In this document: positions 52,676-63,162 of the stretch, one piece after another
Layout of the letters: each line of letters opens with the position of its first letter
Numbering within the stretch: position 1 is the stretch's first letter
From: Candidatus Eiseniibacteriota bacterium
GTDB taxonomy: Bacteria > Eisenbacteria > RBG-16-71-46 > CAIMUX01 > WJJG01
DNA: 64,000 nucleotides
Assembly: GCA_023129715.1 (NCBI GenBank)
Contig: JAGMBO010000008.1
Location: 58,340 to 122,339, forward strand
Reading direction: 5' to 3'
Program-made: the position numbers and the translations under genes
The notes under the pieces: model-generated
Told to the model about the DNA's origin: nothing
Databases searched by the model: none
Seen by the model: the letters and a program-made list of their open reading frames with translations, nothing else

Positions 52676-52992
52676 CGGCGCTCTCAGACGCCATGTGGCG
52701 CGGGATGCAAAGCTCGGGGATCACTCTTTGCAATGCTACCCAACATACTGGGTATCGGCAGGTATCCGGAAGAGAGCGGCGAGAAGATGCTTCATGGATC
52801 CTAGGAACTTCGGCTCGCCCGAGCAAAGTGGCTGGAATCGTCCACCTGGAGCTCGGTGGCAGCGCGTCCGGGAAGCACCGGTTCTTGATCGTTTCGGACC
52901 CGTAGATCCTGCGGATCAAAGCCAGGACGCCAGCCCCGAACGCGTGCGGGGGCGCTGCACGCAGCCGGGGCTCCCAGCGCGAGGGTTTTCAA

Positions 52993-55677
52993 CTATCGCA
53001 CGAGCAGCAAACGCGCAGTTCGTGTCTCGCCGGCAGCCCGGAGTCGCAGCACATAGGCCCCAGTCGGAACCTGGCGGCCGCGCTGATCGCGGCCATCCCA
53101 GATGACGCGATGGTCTCCCGCGGGACGCCGCTCAGAGACCAGTGCCCGCACTTGTCGGCCGATCAGATCGAAGACGGCCAAGTTCACATCGCTCCGGGCC
53201 GGCAACGCAAAACCGATCGAACTGCTCCCGACGGCCGGGTTGGGCCACGGGCATTGCAGCGTCAGCGCCCGCGGCACACCACGAGCTCCCGGCCCATTGT
53301 CGACCGCCGCCTGCCCGCCGACCACCTCGAGGGCCACCAGCGCGGCCGCGCTGCGCGACTCACCCACCATGACGACAATCTCGGCCTCGTGGGATCCCGC
53401 GGCCAGGTCTGCGGCCGAGGCGTCCAGCTCGATAAGCGCCACCGCACCCGCCGCAATCGTGCCGGCGGTGGGAGTGGCACGCAGCCACGACACGCTCTCA
53501 CCAGAATCGATGTTCAGTAGACGGATGCGGAAAGAGAGCGGCTCGACACCTTGAGCGGCAAGCACGATACGAAGCTCCCCAGTGCGCGACCCACCAACCT
53601 CGAGCACCCAGGAAAGCCCCGCGGGGTTGAGATCCACGACCGGCGGCACTTTCTCCTCGACATCGATCAAAGCCACATGGGGAATGTGATTGAAGCCGGT
53701 CACCGTCAGGGTGATCGCCTCGTGCCGGGGCAGCGGGGCCAACCCCTCGATACGCGCATCACCGGATTCGTCGGTCAGTGCCGATCCCAGTGTGGTTCCC
53801 TGGAAACTGAGGGCGCAGAGCGCACCGGCCACGCCCGGCACGGAGAGCGTGAAGCTTTCCGCCTCGGGATCGATGCGCCGCGCGTGATCGACCGCAAGCG
53901 GTTCGGGGGTGTCACAGCGCACGACCATCGAGGGATCGCCGAAGATGTGCCAGTGCAGGAACTCGCTGCGGCCGCCCGGGTCGTACTCGTCCATCATCAG
54001 GAGGCTGCCCCGGTAGCAGAGCGCCCCAAAGACGGTCTCGCTCTCGGCGACCAGGAGATCGACCGTCTCGTCTTGAGCGGCCATCGGCGGCGCCCAGGCC
54101 ATGTCGGCGGAGGAGGCATACATGCCGACCGCACCTGTCGGCATACCGTTGTGGCTGGCCCGTAACCAGGCCTCGGCGAAACAGGTGCCCGAGGCGAAGC
54201 GCCCGTTCTTGCAGGCTACCGAGAAGACCCACGGCAGCTGGTTGTGATTCTCCAACGCACCGACCTGCTCATTGCTGAAGCCGGTCGTCGTCCAGCGCAT
54301 CGAGGAGCCGTGGCCGCAGTAGTTGATGATGCTGCGGCCCGCATTGACGGCATCGGTGACCATCTGCGCGGTCGCCTGGTAGGGAATCGCCGCGTAGATC
54401 GTGTCGACTTGCGTATAGGTGAAGTTGAGCAGATCGGTGCGGATGTAGTCGATGTGAATGAAGTCCGCCTCGTCGTCGTCTCCGTACTCATCCCCCTGTC
54501 CCGAACCGATGCCGACACCCTTGTGGTACCAGCTTCCACCGACCTCGGGACTCTGCTCGTAGTCGACGAACTTGCGGACCTGCAGGATCACTCCCTCGAC
54601 CGTCTCGGCCGAGAGGCGACCAACGATGAGATCCGGGTAGTAGTCGTCGCCCTCGACCAGCGAGTAGGAAGGGTCGGAGTATCCGAACGGAACGTAGGGC
54701 GACGGGACTTGCGCCGCATCCCCGACGAGCAGCACGTAGGCCAGATTGTGAATCCGATAGAGGCTCTGGATGTAGGCCAGCAGCAAATCGGGATCCGTCG
54801 CCCCGGCACCCGTATGCGAGAGCGGGACCAGCATGGTCGGCAGGCCGCGCTGGTTCTTCCAGGTGACGAAGGGCTCCATGTAGGGCACGAACTCATCGTG
54901 GGCAATGATCAGCATCTTGCCCGGCGCCAACTGATCGTTCGAATTGGGAGGCACGAAGTTGAGGAAGTGCTCGGCGTAGAGACCGGCAAAGACGGGCGCC
55001 ATCTTCTCCGGGGTCCTGGAGCGAGTCAGCAGGTTGTGCTCGGCGGCGCCGACGGGCACGACCTCCACCTCCACACGGTCATAGACCCGCAGCCGGCGCT
55101 GCCCGGGATTGTACTGCACCGGATGAAGCTCGACCACCAAGCCCCGGTAGTCGCGCAGGACATAGGGCTCGCGCCGAGCGAGGAGATCCTCTGGGTACCA
55201 GCGATCCTCCCCGTAGACAGCCCCGAACTCATAAGGAATAGTGGCCGGATCTACCGTGCGCAGCAGCGGACCCTTCGACGGAATGACATCCAGGTCGGAA
55301 TACTCACGAAAGCTGGACGCAACCACCCGCACATCCATGCGGGCGTCATCGGGGATGATGATACTGCGGCAGACATACGGGAGCGCCGGCGCGCCCCTTT
55401 CTCGCAGCTGCGGCTCTCCATCGATCCGCACATCGACATGGCGACGCCCGTCGATCTCGACCGGAACTATCCGGAAGCCTTCCAGATCGAAGACCAGACG
55501 GGTGCCCCCGGCGGCGAGTTCATCGGTCGCGACGCTGACCCATTCCGTTGAACTCAAGGTGGAGGCGGCCCCATCCAGGGGCACCAGCGTGCCCGAGTCC
55601 GCGGCCGGCGCCGGCGTTGAGACGCCCGCAGCCCAGATGAGCCCGATGATGATCGATGAGTAGTAACAGCCCCTCAT
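52993..55677 (-). CDS. peptidase C25 (gingipain-like) family protein with T9SS C-terminal sorting domain
   Basis: Start at MRGCYYSSIIIGLIWAAGVSTPAPAA (signal). Catalytic-domain motifs NYCGHGS (His) and VFSVACKNG (Cys). The C-terminal ...WPNPAVGSSSIGFALP...GAYVLRLRAAGETRTARLLLVR matches the Por_Secre_tail pattern. Confidence 0.65.
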   Translation of the reverse strand: MRGCYYSSIIIGLIWAAGVSTPAPAADSGTLVPLDGAASTLSSTEWVSVATDELAAGGTRLVFDLEGFRIVPVEIDGRRHVDVRIDGEPQLRERGAPALPYVCRSIIIPDDARMDVRVVASSFREYSDLDVIPSKGPLLRTVDPATIPYEFGAVYGEDRWYPEDLLARREPYVLRDYRGLVVELHPVQYNPGQRRLRVYDRVEVEVVPVGAAEHNLLTRSRTPEKMAPVFAGLYAEHFLNFVPPNSNDQLAPGKMLIIAHDEFVPYMEPFVTWKNQRGLPTMLVPLSHTGAGATDPDLLLAYIQSLYRIHNLAYVLLVGDAAQVPSPYVPFGYSDPSYSLVEGDDYYPDLIVGRLSAETVEGVILQVRKFVDYEQSPEVGGSWYHKGVGIGSGQGDEYGDDDEADFIHIDYIRTDLLNFTYTQVDTIYAAIPYQATAQMVTDAVNAGRSIINYCGHGSSMRWTTTGFSNEQVGALENHNQLPWVFSVACKNGRFASGTCFAEAWLRASHNGMPTGAVGMYASSADMAWAPPMAAQDETVDLLVAESETVFGALCYRGSLLMMDEYDPGGRSEFLHWHIFGDPSMVVRCDTPEPLAVDHARRIDPEAESFTLSVPGVAGALCALSFQGTTLGSALTDESGDARIEGLAPLPRHEAITLTVTGFNHIPHVALIDVEEKVPPVVDLNPAGLSWVLEVGGSRTGELRIVLAAQGVEPLSFRIRLLNIDSGESVSWLRATPTAGTIAAGAVALIELDASAADLAAGSHEAEIVVMVGESRSAAALVALEVVGGQAAVDNGPGARGVPRALTLQCPWPNPAVGSSSIGFALPARSDVNLAVFDLIGRQVRALVSERRPAGDHRVIWDGRDQRGRQVPTGAYVLRLRAAGETRTARLLLVR

Positions 55678-55867
55678 GCAGTCGTCCCCTCCATGCAGCG
55701 GTCTCTTCCGTCCGCTCGTGACCAGGGACCACCTGCTGCCGCCGACGCAACGACCCACCGGGCAGAGGGCAGACGGCCTGCCTCGGACAGTCCCTCATCT
55801 GTTCGAAGTAGAACAAGTATAGCAAAGTACGGCAGATGGGTTCTCGCCGGAGGCAGGATTTCTCCAT

Positions 55868-55911
55868 TTGGCCCCTGCTTGGCCCCTGTTTGGCCCCTGT
55901 TTGGCCGCTGC
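55868..55911. promoter_or_regulatory. four tandem 11-nt repeats (TTGGCCCCTGT-like) in divergent promoter region
   Basis: ttggcccctgc / ttggcccctgt / ttggcccctgt / ttggccgctgc. Period 11 nt (about one helical turn). Lies between the divergently transcribed C25 peptidase and aminotransferase genes. Confidence 0.4.
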
Positions 55912-56060
55912 CCCCAACCCAGGAGCGGTTGTGGGTGCCCCGTACCGCCCCATTTCCCTTGGGCATAGGCAATTCGACTGATACACTCCATGCTTGAGAA
56001 GCAGTCTCGGCCTCAGGCTGCCCCACCCAGGCCGCACGATCACCAGCCAAGGAGATCGGC

Positions 56061-57524
56061 ATGAAGCAGCGTAATCCCCCCGGCCGCAATTGCCCTGGTC
56101 TCTCCCGGCGCGCCTTCCTCGGCGCCACTCTCGGCGGTGCGGCCCTTGGGTTGATCCCCCCGGCACCGGCTGCGGCCCGGCCGTCCGGCGCGAGTGGGCA
56201 CCTCGCGACCGCGGGGGAGCTCTTCCGCGACTACACCGGCCGGTTGTGCTACAACGAAAACCCTCTCGGTCCGTCTCCGCTGGCGATGACCGCGATGGCC
56301 GACAGCATCCCGATGGGACACCGCTACACCGATTGGTATGCCGAGTCCCTACGGAGCGATCTCGCCACCCTGCACAGCGTCGGCAGCAACCAGATCATCG
56401 CGGGATGTGGAGCGACCGAGATCCTGCGCCTCTGTGCGCTCGCCTTCGCCGACCCCGCGGGCAATGTGGTCAGTCCCTATCCTTCCTACTCGCAGTTCCC
56501 GAGCGATGCCGGGTTCCTGGGGGCGAGTGTGCGCTACGCCGACCTCGATGCGAACTACGCTGTCGATCTCTCGGCAATGGCGGCGCAAGTCGACGCGAAT
56601 ACGACCGTGCTCATTCTGACTAACCCGAACAACCCGACCGGCCCCGTTCTGGGCGCGAGCGAGATCAGCGCCTTCATCGACGCCCTTCCCGCACACGTGG
56701 CGGTGATCATCGATGAGGCCTATCACGAGTACATCCAGGATGCCGGGTACGCCTCGGCGATGGAGGATGTACGCCAGGGGCGCAAGGTCGTCGTCATCCG
56801 GACCTTCTCGAAGGTCTTCGGCCTGGCCGGCGTACGGATCGGATATGCGGTCGGCCATCAAGATCTGATCTCGGCGGTGCGCAGCTGGCAGACCTACGGT
56901 ACCGTCTCGCGTCCCGCCATGGATGCGGCCCGCGCGGCCCTGGGCGACAGCCAGCACATCACCGACACCGTCACCCTGTGCAATCAGGCCAAGCAGTACT
57001 GCTTCGATGAACTCGACCTGATGGGCCTCGACTACATCCCCTCGGAGACGAACTTCTTCATGGTCGATGTCGACAATGGCGCCTGGGTGCGCTCAGAGCT
57101 GGCCAACGCGGGAATCCTGGTACGGCAGGGTTGGGGCATGCCGCAACACATCCGCGTCTCGACCGGCACCATGCAGGAGATGGAGGACTTCATCACCGAG
57201 TTGCAGAACATCCTGGCGGCCATGGCCAGAGGTGAGCCGGGGCTGCCGCGAATCACGTCGCTCGACGGCAATCAGCCCAATCCATTCCGCGGAGCGACCT
57301 CGATCGGGTTCGGGCTGGCGCACTCCGGACGCGTGCGCCTGGAGGTATTCAGCATCGAGGGGCGGCGATTGCGCACCCTCATCGACGGGCCCGTGGAGGC
57401 AGGCCGGCACACGCTGCGCTGGGATGGCCGGGATACCCAGGGCCACCCGGTCGGCGCGGGCTCCTATTTCTATCGGCTGATCGCGGGCGATGTGCGAGAG
57501 ACGCGCCGGATGATCCGGCTCTGA
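56061..57524 (+). CDS. class I/II (HisC-like) PLP-dependent aminotransferase with Tat signal peptide and T9SS C-terminal sorting domain
   Basis: N-terminal SRRAFLGATLGGAALGL twin-arginine motif. Aminotransferase motifs LTNPNNPTG and TFSKVFGLAGVRIGYAVG (PLP lysine). The C-terminal ~85 aa (QPNPFRGATSIGFGLA...GSYFYRLIAGDVRETRRMIRL) match the Por_Secre_tail pattern. Confidence 0.7.
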   Translation: MKQRNPPGRNCPGLSRRAFLGATLGGAALGLIPPAPAAARPSGASGHLATAGELFRDYTGRLCYNENPLGPSPLAMTAMADSIPMGHRYTDWYAESLRSDLATLHSVGSNQIIAGCGATEILRLCALAFADPAGNVVSPYPSYSQFPSDAGFLGASVRYADLDANYAVDLSAMAAQVDANTTVLILTNPNNPTGPVLGASEISAFIDALPAHVAVIIDEAYHEYIQDAGYASAMEDVRQGRKVVVIRTFSKVFGLAGVRIGYAVGHQDLISAVRSWQTYGTVSRPAMDAARAALGDSQHITDTVTLCNQAKQYCFDELDLMGLDYIPSETNFFMVDVDNGAWVRSELANAGILVRQGWGMPQHIRVSTGTMQEMEDFITELQNILAAMARGEPGLPRITSLDGNQPNPFRGATSIGFGLAHSGRVRLEVFSIEGRRLRTLIDGPVEAGRHTLRWDGRDTQGHPVGAGSYFYRLIAGDVRETRRMIRL

Positions 57525-57606
57525 TTTGGTCCTGCCGGACCGCCCAACGCCCCGAACGAATTCTCGGTCTCGGAGCCCTGGTCTGGAATCCCCGGTGTCT
57601 GGTTCT

Positions 57607-57648
57607 CGGTCTCTGGCCTTCGGTCTCTGGCCTTCGGTCTCTGGGTCT
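57607..57648. repeat. 14-nt tandem repeats (x3) in convergent intergenic region
   Basis: cggtctctggcctt x2 then cggtctctgggtct. Embedded in a (GGTCTC)-rich low-complexity stretch, 57560-57660. Confidence 0.5.
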
Positions 57649-57667
57649 CGCTCTCAGTTCCCCGGCC

Positions 57668-59077
57668 CTAATGCGGATCTCGGAACATGCTCCGCAACCG
57701 GCCCCAGCTCGGGACTTCCACCGAAGTCTCGTCGCAGGCCGCGCCATAGCGACCCATCTGGCCTACGCACCCGCCGGGGACCTGGGATGAGGCGCAGGGC
57801 GAGTCGAAGGTGATCGTAAGATCCCCCAACGGCGCATCGCAGAACTTCGGATCCTGGAAGATGTTGCCGTTCGCCGGCGAGGGCGGGGAACAGACCTCGA
57901 CATCGCCCGCGAAGTTGTCCCAGAAGGCGTTGCAGGCCACGGCAGGCGTACCGCTACAGTAGATCGCCGCCGTGCCGTCGTGCCGGCAGAAGATGTTCTG
58001 AACGATGTTGGGGGATCCGAAGTAGACGTAGATTGCGGAGCCGAACGCACTGCCCTCATTGCCATAGAAGGTGCAGTATTCGATCACATCCGCGAAATCA
58101 TCCTGGTAGATCGCACCACCCTCCGCCGCGGTGTTCTCGACGAAGAGATTGCGCGTGATCGTTGCGTCGGCGACATCGCCGGCGGCATACAGGGCACCAC
58201 CACGGGAGTCGGCCGTGTTGAGGCGGAAGGTATTGTCGGCGATCTCATCGCCCGAGATGCTCGCGACATAGATGGCGCCACCCAGGTAGTCGCAATGGTT
58301 GTTCTCGAAGATGCAGTTGCGAATCTGGCTCTCATGGCAGATGAAGTAGATCGCGCCGCCATAGAGCGCGTCGCAGTGACGGAACTCACAGTTCTCGATG
58401 GTCAAGCCGGTGCAGCGGGCGTCGATTGCTCCGCCGTCCGCGAATGTCGTGCAATATTCGAAGGTGGAGTTGGCAATGCGGGAAGTGGTCCCGGACGGAT
58501 TGTAGGTGTAGATCGCGGCCCCCCCATAGAGCGTTCCCGTGGCCTCGAGATGTGAGAAGGTACACTCATTGACATCGATGGAGCAGGAGTCGACGTAGAT
58601 GCCGAGTCCCCCCCCGGTGGCGGTGAGATTCTCGAAAGTACAGTTCCAGATCTTACAGGGTTCCTGGGTGTAAATCTCGATCGCCGACCCGTTGCCGGTG
58701 AAACGAATGCCGTAGATCTCGAGCGTGGCGCCGCTGTCGACAAAGAGGGTGCGCCCGTTGTGCGGCTGCCAGTTGACCTGCCCAAACACCTCAGCGATGA
58801 AGACCAGGTCTTCGGTGAAGCTGACGAATTCGGTGTAGGTCCCAGAGGCGATCTGGATCGTGTCCCCGTTGCTCGCCGAAGAAACCGCGCCCCCAATCGT
58901 CGGCGAGTCGCCGCCGCCGCCAGGATCGACGATGTAGGTCGTTGCCTGCGCGGCGCCCGGGAAGACGAGCGTCAGGCCCAGAGCCAGAGCGAGCAGGCCC
59001 ACGACCATCGGATGAAAGCCCAGGTCGAGAAGGGGCCGGCGGGGCTCTCTGGTGGGAAGCGTCCGGGGGATCTTCAT
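57668..59077 (-). CDS. right-handed parallel beta-helix repeat protein, secreted
   Basis: Start at MKIPRTLP...MVVGLLALALGLTLVFPGAAQA (signal). Repeated GGAIY/GGALY-containing ~22-aa units are typical of pectate-lyase-fold beta-helices. Confidence 0.6.
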   Translation of the reverse strand: MKIPRTLPTREPRRPLLDLGFHPMVVGLLALALGLTLVFPGAAQATTYIVDPGGGGDSPTIGGAVSSASNGDTIQIASGTYTEFVSFTEDLVFIAEVFGQVNWQPHNGRTLFVDSGATLEIYGIRFTGNGSAIEIYTQEPCKIWNCTFENLTATGGGLGIYVDSCSIDVNECTFSHLEATGTLYGGAAIYTYNPSGTTSRIANSTFEYCTTFADGGAIDARCTGLTIENCEFRHCDALYGGAIYFICHESQIRNCIFENNHCDYLGGAIYVASISGDEIADNTFRLNTADSRGGALYAAGDVADATITRNLFVENTAAEGGAIYQDDFADVIEYCTFYGNEGSAFGSAIYVYFGSPNIVQNIFCRHDGTAAIYCSGTPAVACNAFWDNFAGDVEVCSPPSPANGNIFQDPKFCDAPLGDLTITFDSPCASSQVPGGCVGQMGRYGAACDETSVEVPSWGRLRSMFRDPH

Positions 59078-59576
59078 GGCATCCTCCTGGGAAACGGGGC
59101 ACCGTGTGCGCATCGCCCCGGATCTGTTTCGCGCTCGGCATCTCCGTGCCGGCGAGGGCCGGGAACGGTCACAGGTTCATCATTCGGCGCAAGCGCAGAT
59201 ATTCGTTAGTGATCCGGAGACGAACGTCGATCGCTGCAGATGGCCCCGCCCGGCGGATCGGCCGACGTGGCAGGGCATTGCCCACCAGACCCAGACATGG
59301 TCCCCGCCGGCCCGCCGGGTTCCCACTGGCACCGGCATTCGCAACCGAGGTATCCTGGAGCAGTTCCCGTGCCCCCGACGCTGGGGAAGGCGCCATGCGT
59401 GCCGTGAGTGAAGGCCTTGCTGGTAGGGGGACCGGGGATCGGGACCGTGGAGCAATGATTTCCGGAGACTCAGTAGGTGGCCGGGCCGCCCGCGAGTGCT
59501 CGGACGACAAGGGGGGTGGCTGAAACGACGTAGACGAAGGACGCCGGTCGGCGTTCCGTTGGCACGGAGGGGATCT

Positions 59577-60059
59577 ATGGGTGACACGCCAGACTTCGAC
59601 GTAGAAGCGGCACACAAGTACTTCTCAGTCGACTGCTTCAATCGGGTTTGGGGGCTCCTCGACAAACCAGAGCGTACGCCCCAAGAAGACCGGGACATCG
59701 TCCAGTTGTGCCTTGCCTCCGTGTGGCACTGGACGGGAAGAGAAGACTGCACCGATACGAACATGTCGATTGGCTACTGGCAGGCCTCTCGTGTGTTTGC
59801 CACGATTGGACTGCCAGACGAGGCAAGGAGATACGGGCAACTCTGCCTGGAGGCGAGCCAGGGGCCTGATATCCTTCCGTTCTATCTGGGGTATGCGTAC
59901 GAGGCATTGGCACGGGCGGAGGCCGTCGCCGGCAACGAGGACAAGGCGCGGGGACACCTGGCTGAGTCGCGTCGCATAGCCGAGGGCCTGCCGAATCCTG
60001 ACGCGAAGAAGCAGTTGCTCGCCGACCTCGATGCACTCGCCCCGCGGTTGACCGGCTGA
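59577..60059 (+). CDS. hypothetical protein
   Basis: Internal ATG (MGDTPDFDV) after an Arg-rich upstream extension. Locally lower GC. No recognised domain. Confidence 0.35.
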   Translation: MGDTPDFDVEAAHKYFSVDCFNRVWGLLDKPERTPQEDRDIVQLCLASVWHWTGREDCTDTNMSIGYWQASRVFATIGLPDEARRYGQLCLEASQGPDILPFYLGYAYEALARAEAVAGNEDKARGHLAESRRIAEGLPNPDAKKQLLADLDALAPRLTG

Positions 60060-60102
60060 TGATCCAGGCGGCCGGCCAACCAGCTCATGCAGCCCGAGTC
60101 GA

Positions 60103-61002
60103 TTGCCGCGATGTAGGAATATCGAAGGAAGTGTCCTGATGCGTGCAACCCTGGTCGCATGCCTAGTTGCGTCGCTGCCTCCCTTTGGGGCGTGTCCGAG
60201 CAGTGCAGTCGAGGAGAGCCCGAGAATGGACGTGCATCTTGAAGACCTGATCGTGACTGTCATCTATGACAACCGAGGGGGTGCCGAAGGGCTTGGGCCG
60301 GCCTGGGGATTCGCGTGTCTTGTCGAGGGGTTGGAAAAGACCATCCTCTTCGACACCGGCGGTGATAGCCCCACTCTGCTGGGGAACATGGCCAAACTCG
60401 GCGTTGAGCCCCAGGACATCGACGTGGTTGTGCTGTCCCACGCCCACCACGATCACACCGGCGGACTGGCTGGTTTCCTCGACGTGCACAACGACGTGAC
60501 GGTCTACCTTCTGGAGTCCTTTCCCAATGACATTGGAAGTGATGCGCGGAACCGAGGCGCCGAGGTGATCAAGGTCAGTCAGCCCACTGAGCTCTGCGGT
60601 GGAGCGACGCTGACAGGGGCGATGGTGGGCCGGGCGGGCATCCAGGAGCAGTCCCTGCTCCTCTCGACTGACTCAAGCGCGGCTGTCGTGACCGGCTGCG
60701 CTCACCCGGGCATCCTGAGCATCGTGGAGCGAGCGAAGGAAGTCACTGGCCGAGAGGTTCGCGTCATCATTGGAGGTTTTCACCTGTTCAGGGACAGCGA
60801 CGCCTCGATCCGGGGGACCGTATCGCGTCTGCAGGAGCTCGAGGTGCGCTGGGTCGTGCCCTGTCACTGCTCCGGCGATCTGGCGATCCAGAGATTCGCG
60901 GACGCCTATGATCATGCGTTCCTGCGCTGCTCTGTGGGTGCCGTGATTCCCGTAGGGGAGTTGCTTTGCACGGAGCATGGGGATGAGCAGCCACCTGATT
61001 AG
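60103..61002 (+). CDS. MBL-fold metallo-hydrolase
   Basis: VLSHAHHDHTGGLAGF (HxHxDH motif). N-terminal hydrophobic signal-like segment. Confidence 0.65.
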   Translation: MPRCRNIEGSVLMRATLVACLVASLPPFGACPSSAVEESPRMDVHLEDLIVTVIYDNRGGAEGLGPAWGFACLVEGLEKTILFDTGGDSPTLLGNMAKLGVEPQDIDVVVLSHAHHDHTGGLAGFLDVHNDVTVYLLESFPNDIGSDARNRGAEVIKVSQPTELCGGATLTGAMVGRAGIQEQSLLLSTDSSAAVVTGCAHPGILSIVERAKEVTGREVRVIIGGFHLFRDSDASIRGTVSRLQELEVRWVVPCHCSGDLAIQRFADAYDHAFLRCSVGAVIPVGELLCTEHGDEQPPD

Positions 61003-61116
61003 CGCTGCTGCTGACGGGCTTGACTGTCACAGCGGCTGCATGCCATGCGGCGCGCCAGCCTTGACGCTGGCGTCCGATGGGCGATCCGTTCGTTGTGCTC
61101 TGATGGAGACACGATG

Positions 61117-61602
61117 ATATCAATACGTGAATTGCGACCTGAAGATGACCTGGCTGCCGTCCTCACGCTGTGCAAAGACTTCTTGGCGGAGTATGAGGGT
61201 CATCACAGGGAGTTCTTCGACACCGGCAACCTGAGCGATGCTGATATCTCCGGCCGGTTTCTGCAGTCCATGGAATCAGACAGCAGCGCCACCATCATTG
61301 CCCTCGTTGATGACGCGATTGTCGGTTACGCCTCTCTCGCTGTGCGCGAGCAACCCCGTTTCTACAGAATCAAGAAGGTCGGCGTCATCTCCGGTCTCAT
61401 GGTAGCGAATGACCACCGGCGCAAGGGCATCGCTACGCGGCTGCTCGCGGCCGCGGAAGCCTACTTCCAGCGGAAGGCAATCGGATACTTCACGGCCTAC
61501 ACGGCAGTCGCCAATCACGCGGCAATCGAATTCTACGAGCACAATGGCATGGGAGCGCTCCACACAACATTCATCGGAGAAACGGGAAGCACAATCGGGT
61601 AG
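61117..61602 (+). CDS. GNAT family N-acetyltransferase
   Basis: Start at MISIRELRPED. Acetyl-CoA-binding motif ...MVANDHRRKGIATRLLAAAEAYF (R/Q-x-x-G-x-G/A). Confidence 0.6.
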   Translation: MSIRELRPEDDLAAVLTLCKDFLAEYEGHHREFFDTGNLSDADISGRFLQSMESDSSATIIALVDDAIVGYASLAVREQPRFYRIKKVGVISGLMVANDHRRKGIATRLLAAAEAYFQRKAIGYFTAYTAVANHAAIEFYEHNGMGALHTTFIGETGSTIG

Positions 61603-62160
61603 CCGGGGGCGTCTTGCCCTGATCCGACAAAAGCTCGGGGTATTCTCATCCCTCACCCCACCTCACCGCCGATCCAACACCCGGTAGGCCACCGCCTCGC
61701 CGACACGGGCTTCCTCGATCTCAGCGCACTCGGCTGGATCCGCGATCGTCCGCGCCAGACGCAGGATGCGGTGGCAGCCCGGCGGGGTTGTCCGTGGCTC
61801 TGCATATCCAGGACGTGCCGTCGCCATTCCGACAGGCTGCGCTCCCACTTGCCCGGAGCACTCCCAATGTCATGGTTCCCACCTCTCTCCGCCTAGCAGA
61901 GTACTGGCCGTCCGCGAGAAACGCGGCGGCCTCCGACTCACCCAGTTCTCCCTGGCGCAAGGAGACGCAACCGAGGTATCCTGCCTCCGTTGCGTCCCCA
62001 CAAAGGCCACGAGTTGGTTCGCTCCGTCAGCGTTGGTGGTCTCGACCGGATCGGGGGCGCGGGCCGCAGAGACCGTGGGATCACTGGAGTCAAGAGAACC
62101 AGTAGTTATGCCGCTCTGCATCGTTGGCACACCACAAACGGTATACGCAGAGTCAGAGTG

Positions 62161-63162
62161 ATGAGGGAAGCCTACGAGCATCGGGACGCACTCATGAACG
62201 CAGTTGTCATGGAACGCTACGGCACGCCCGACGTCCTGCAGCTGCGGGACGTGGCAAAGCCCACGCCCAAAGCCAATGAAGTCCTGGTTCGTGTGCACGC
62301 CGCCTCCGTCAACGATTGGGACTGGGGCCTCCTGCAGGGCACGCCGTTCGTGAATCGCATGATTAGCGGTCTTTTCACACCGAAGGTGCAGATCATTGGC
62401 GGTGATATCGCTGGGCGTGTTGAAGCCGTGGGCAAAGATGTCAAAGCGTTCGAGCCGGGTGATGAGGTCTACGGCGATTTGTGTATGAGCGGTTTCGGTG
62501 CGTTTGCAGAATACGCCTGTGCGCCGGAAGCGTGCCTCGCGCACAAACCGACCAGAATGACCTTTGAGCAAGCCGCCGCCATCCCGCAGGCGGGCATGCT
62601 GGCGGTGCAGGGCCTCATCGATGTGGGCCGGATTCAGTCCGGCCAAAAGCTGCTCCTGAACGGGGCAGGCGGGGGCGTTGGTACGTTTGCCTTGCAGGTG
62701 GCCAAACTCTACGAGACCGAGGTGACCGTGGTCGACAAGCCCGGCAAACTGGAAATGCTGCGTGCCATGGGCGCGGACTACCTCATTGATTGCCTCAAGG
62801 AGGACTTCACCAAGGGCGGCAAGTGCTATGATCTGATCCTCGATGTGAAGACCAACCGTTCGCCATTTGCCTACGCACGTGCACTGAATCCAAACGGCAC
62901 CTATGTCACCGTCGGCGGCAACACATTGCGCCTGATTCAGGCCCTGGTCCTGGGTCCGCCAATGTCGCGAATCTGCACCAAGCACGTGCGTATCGTCACC
63001 TTGAAACCCAACAAGGACCTCGCCTACATGAATGAGCTATTCGAAGCCGGCAAACTGGTACCGGTGATCGACGGGCCGTACAAGCTCGCCGATGTGCCTG
63101 AAGCGTTTCGGCTCTTTGGGACAGGCGATCATAAGGGCAAGATCATCGTCACCGTGGGGTGA
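62161..63162 (+). CDS. zinc-binding alcohol dehydrogenase / quinone oxidoreductase family (MDR superfamily) protein
   Basis: N-terminal GroES-like ...EVLVRVHAASVNDWDW, then Rossmann LLNGAGGGVGTFALQVAK. Start is uncertain (62161 or 62194). Lower GC and codon usage than the upstream genes. Confidence 0.7.
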   Translation: MREAYEHRDALMNAVVMERYGTPDVLQLRDVAKPTPKANEVLVRVHAASVNDWDWGLLQGTPFVNRMISGLFTPKVQIIGGDIAGRVEAVGKDVKAFEPGDEVYGDLCMSGFGAFAEYACAPEACLAHKPTRMTFEQAAAIPQAGMLAVQGLIDVGRIQSGQKLLLNGAGGGVGTFALQVAKLYETEVTVVDKPGKLEMLRAMGADYLIDCLKEDFTKGGKCYDLILDVKTNRSPFAYARALNPNGTYVTVGGNTLRLIQALVLGPPMSRICTKHVRIVTLKPNKDLAYMNELFEAGKLVPVIDGPYKLADVPEAFRLFGTGDHKGKIIVTVG

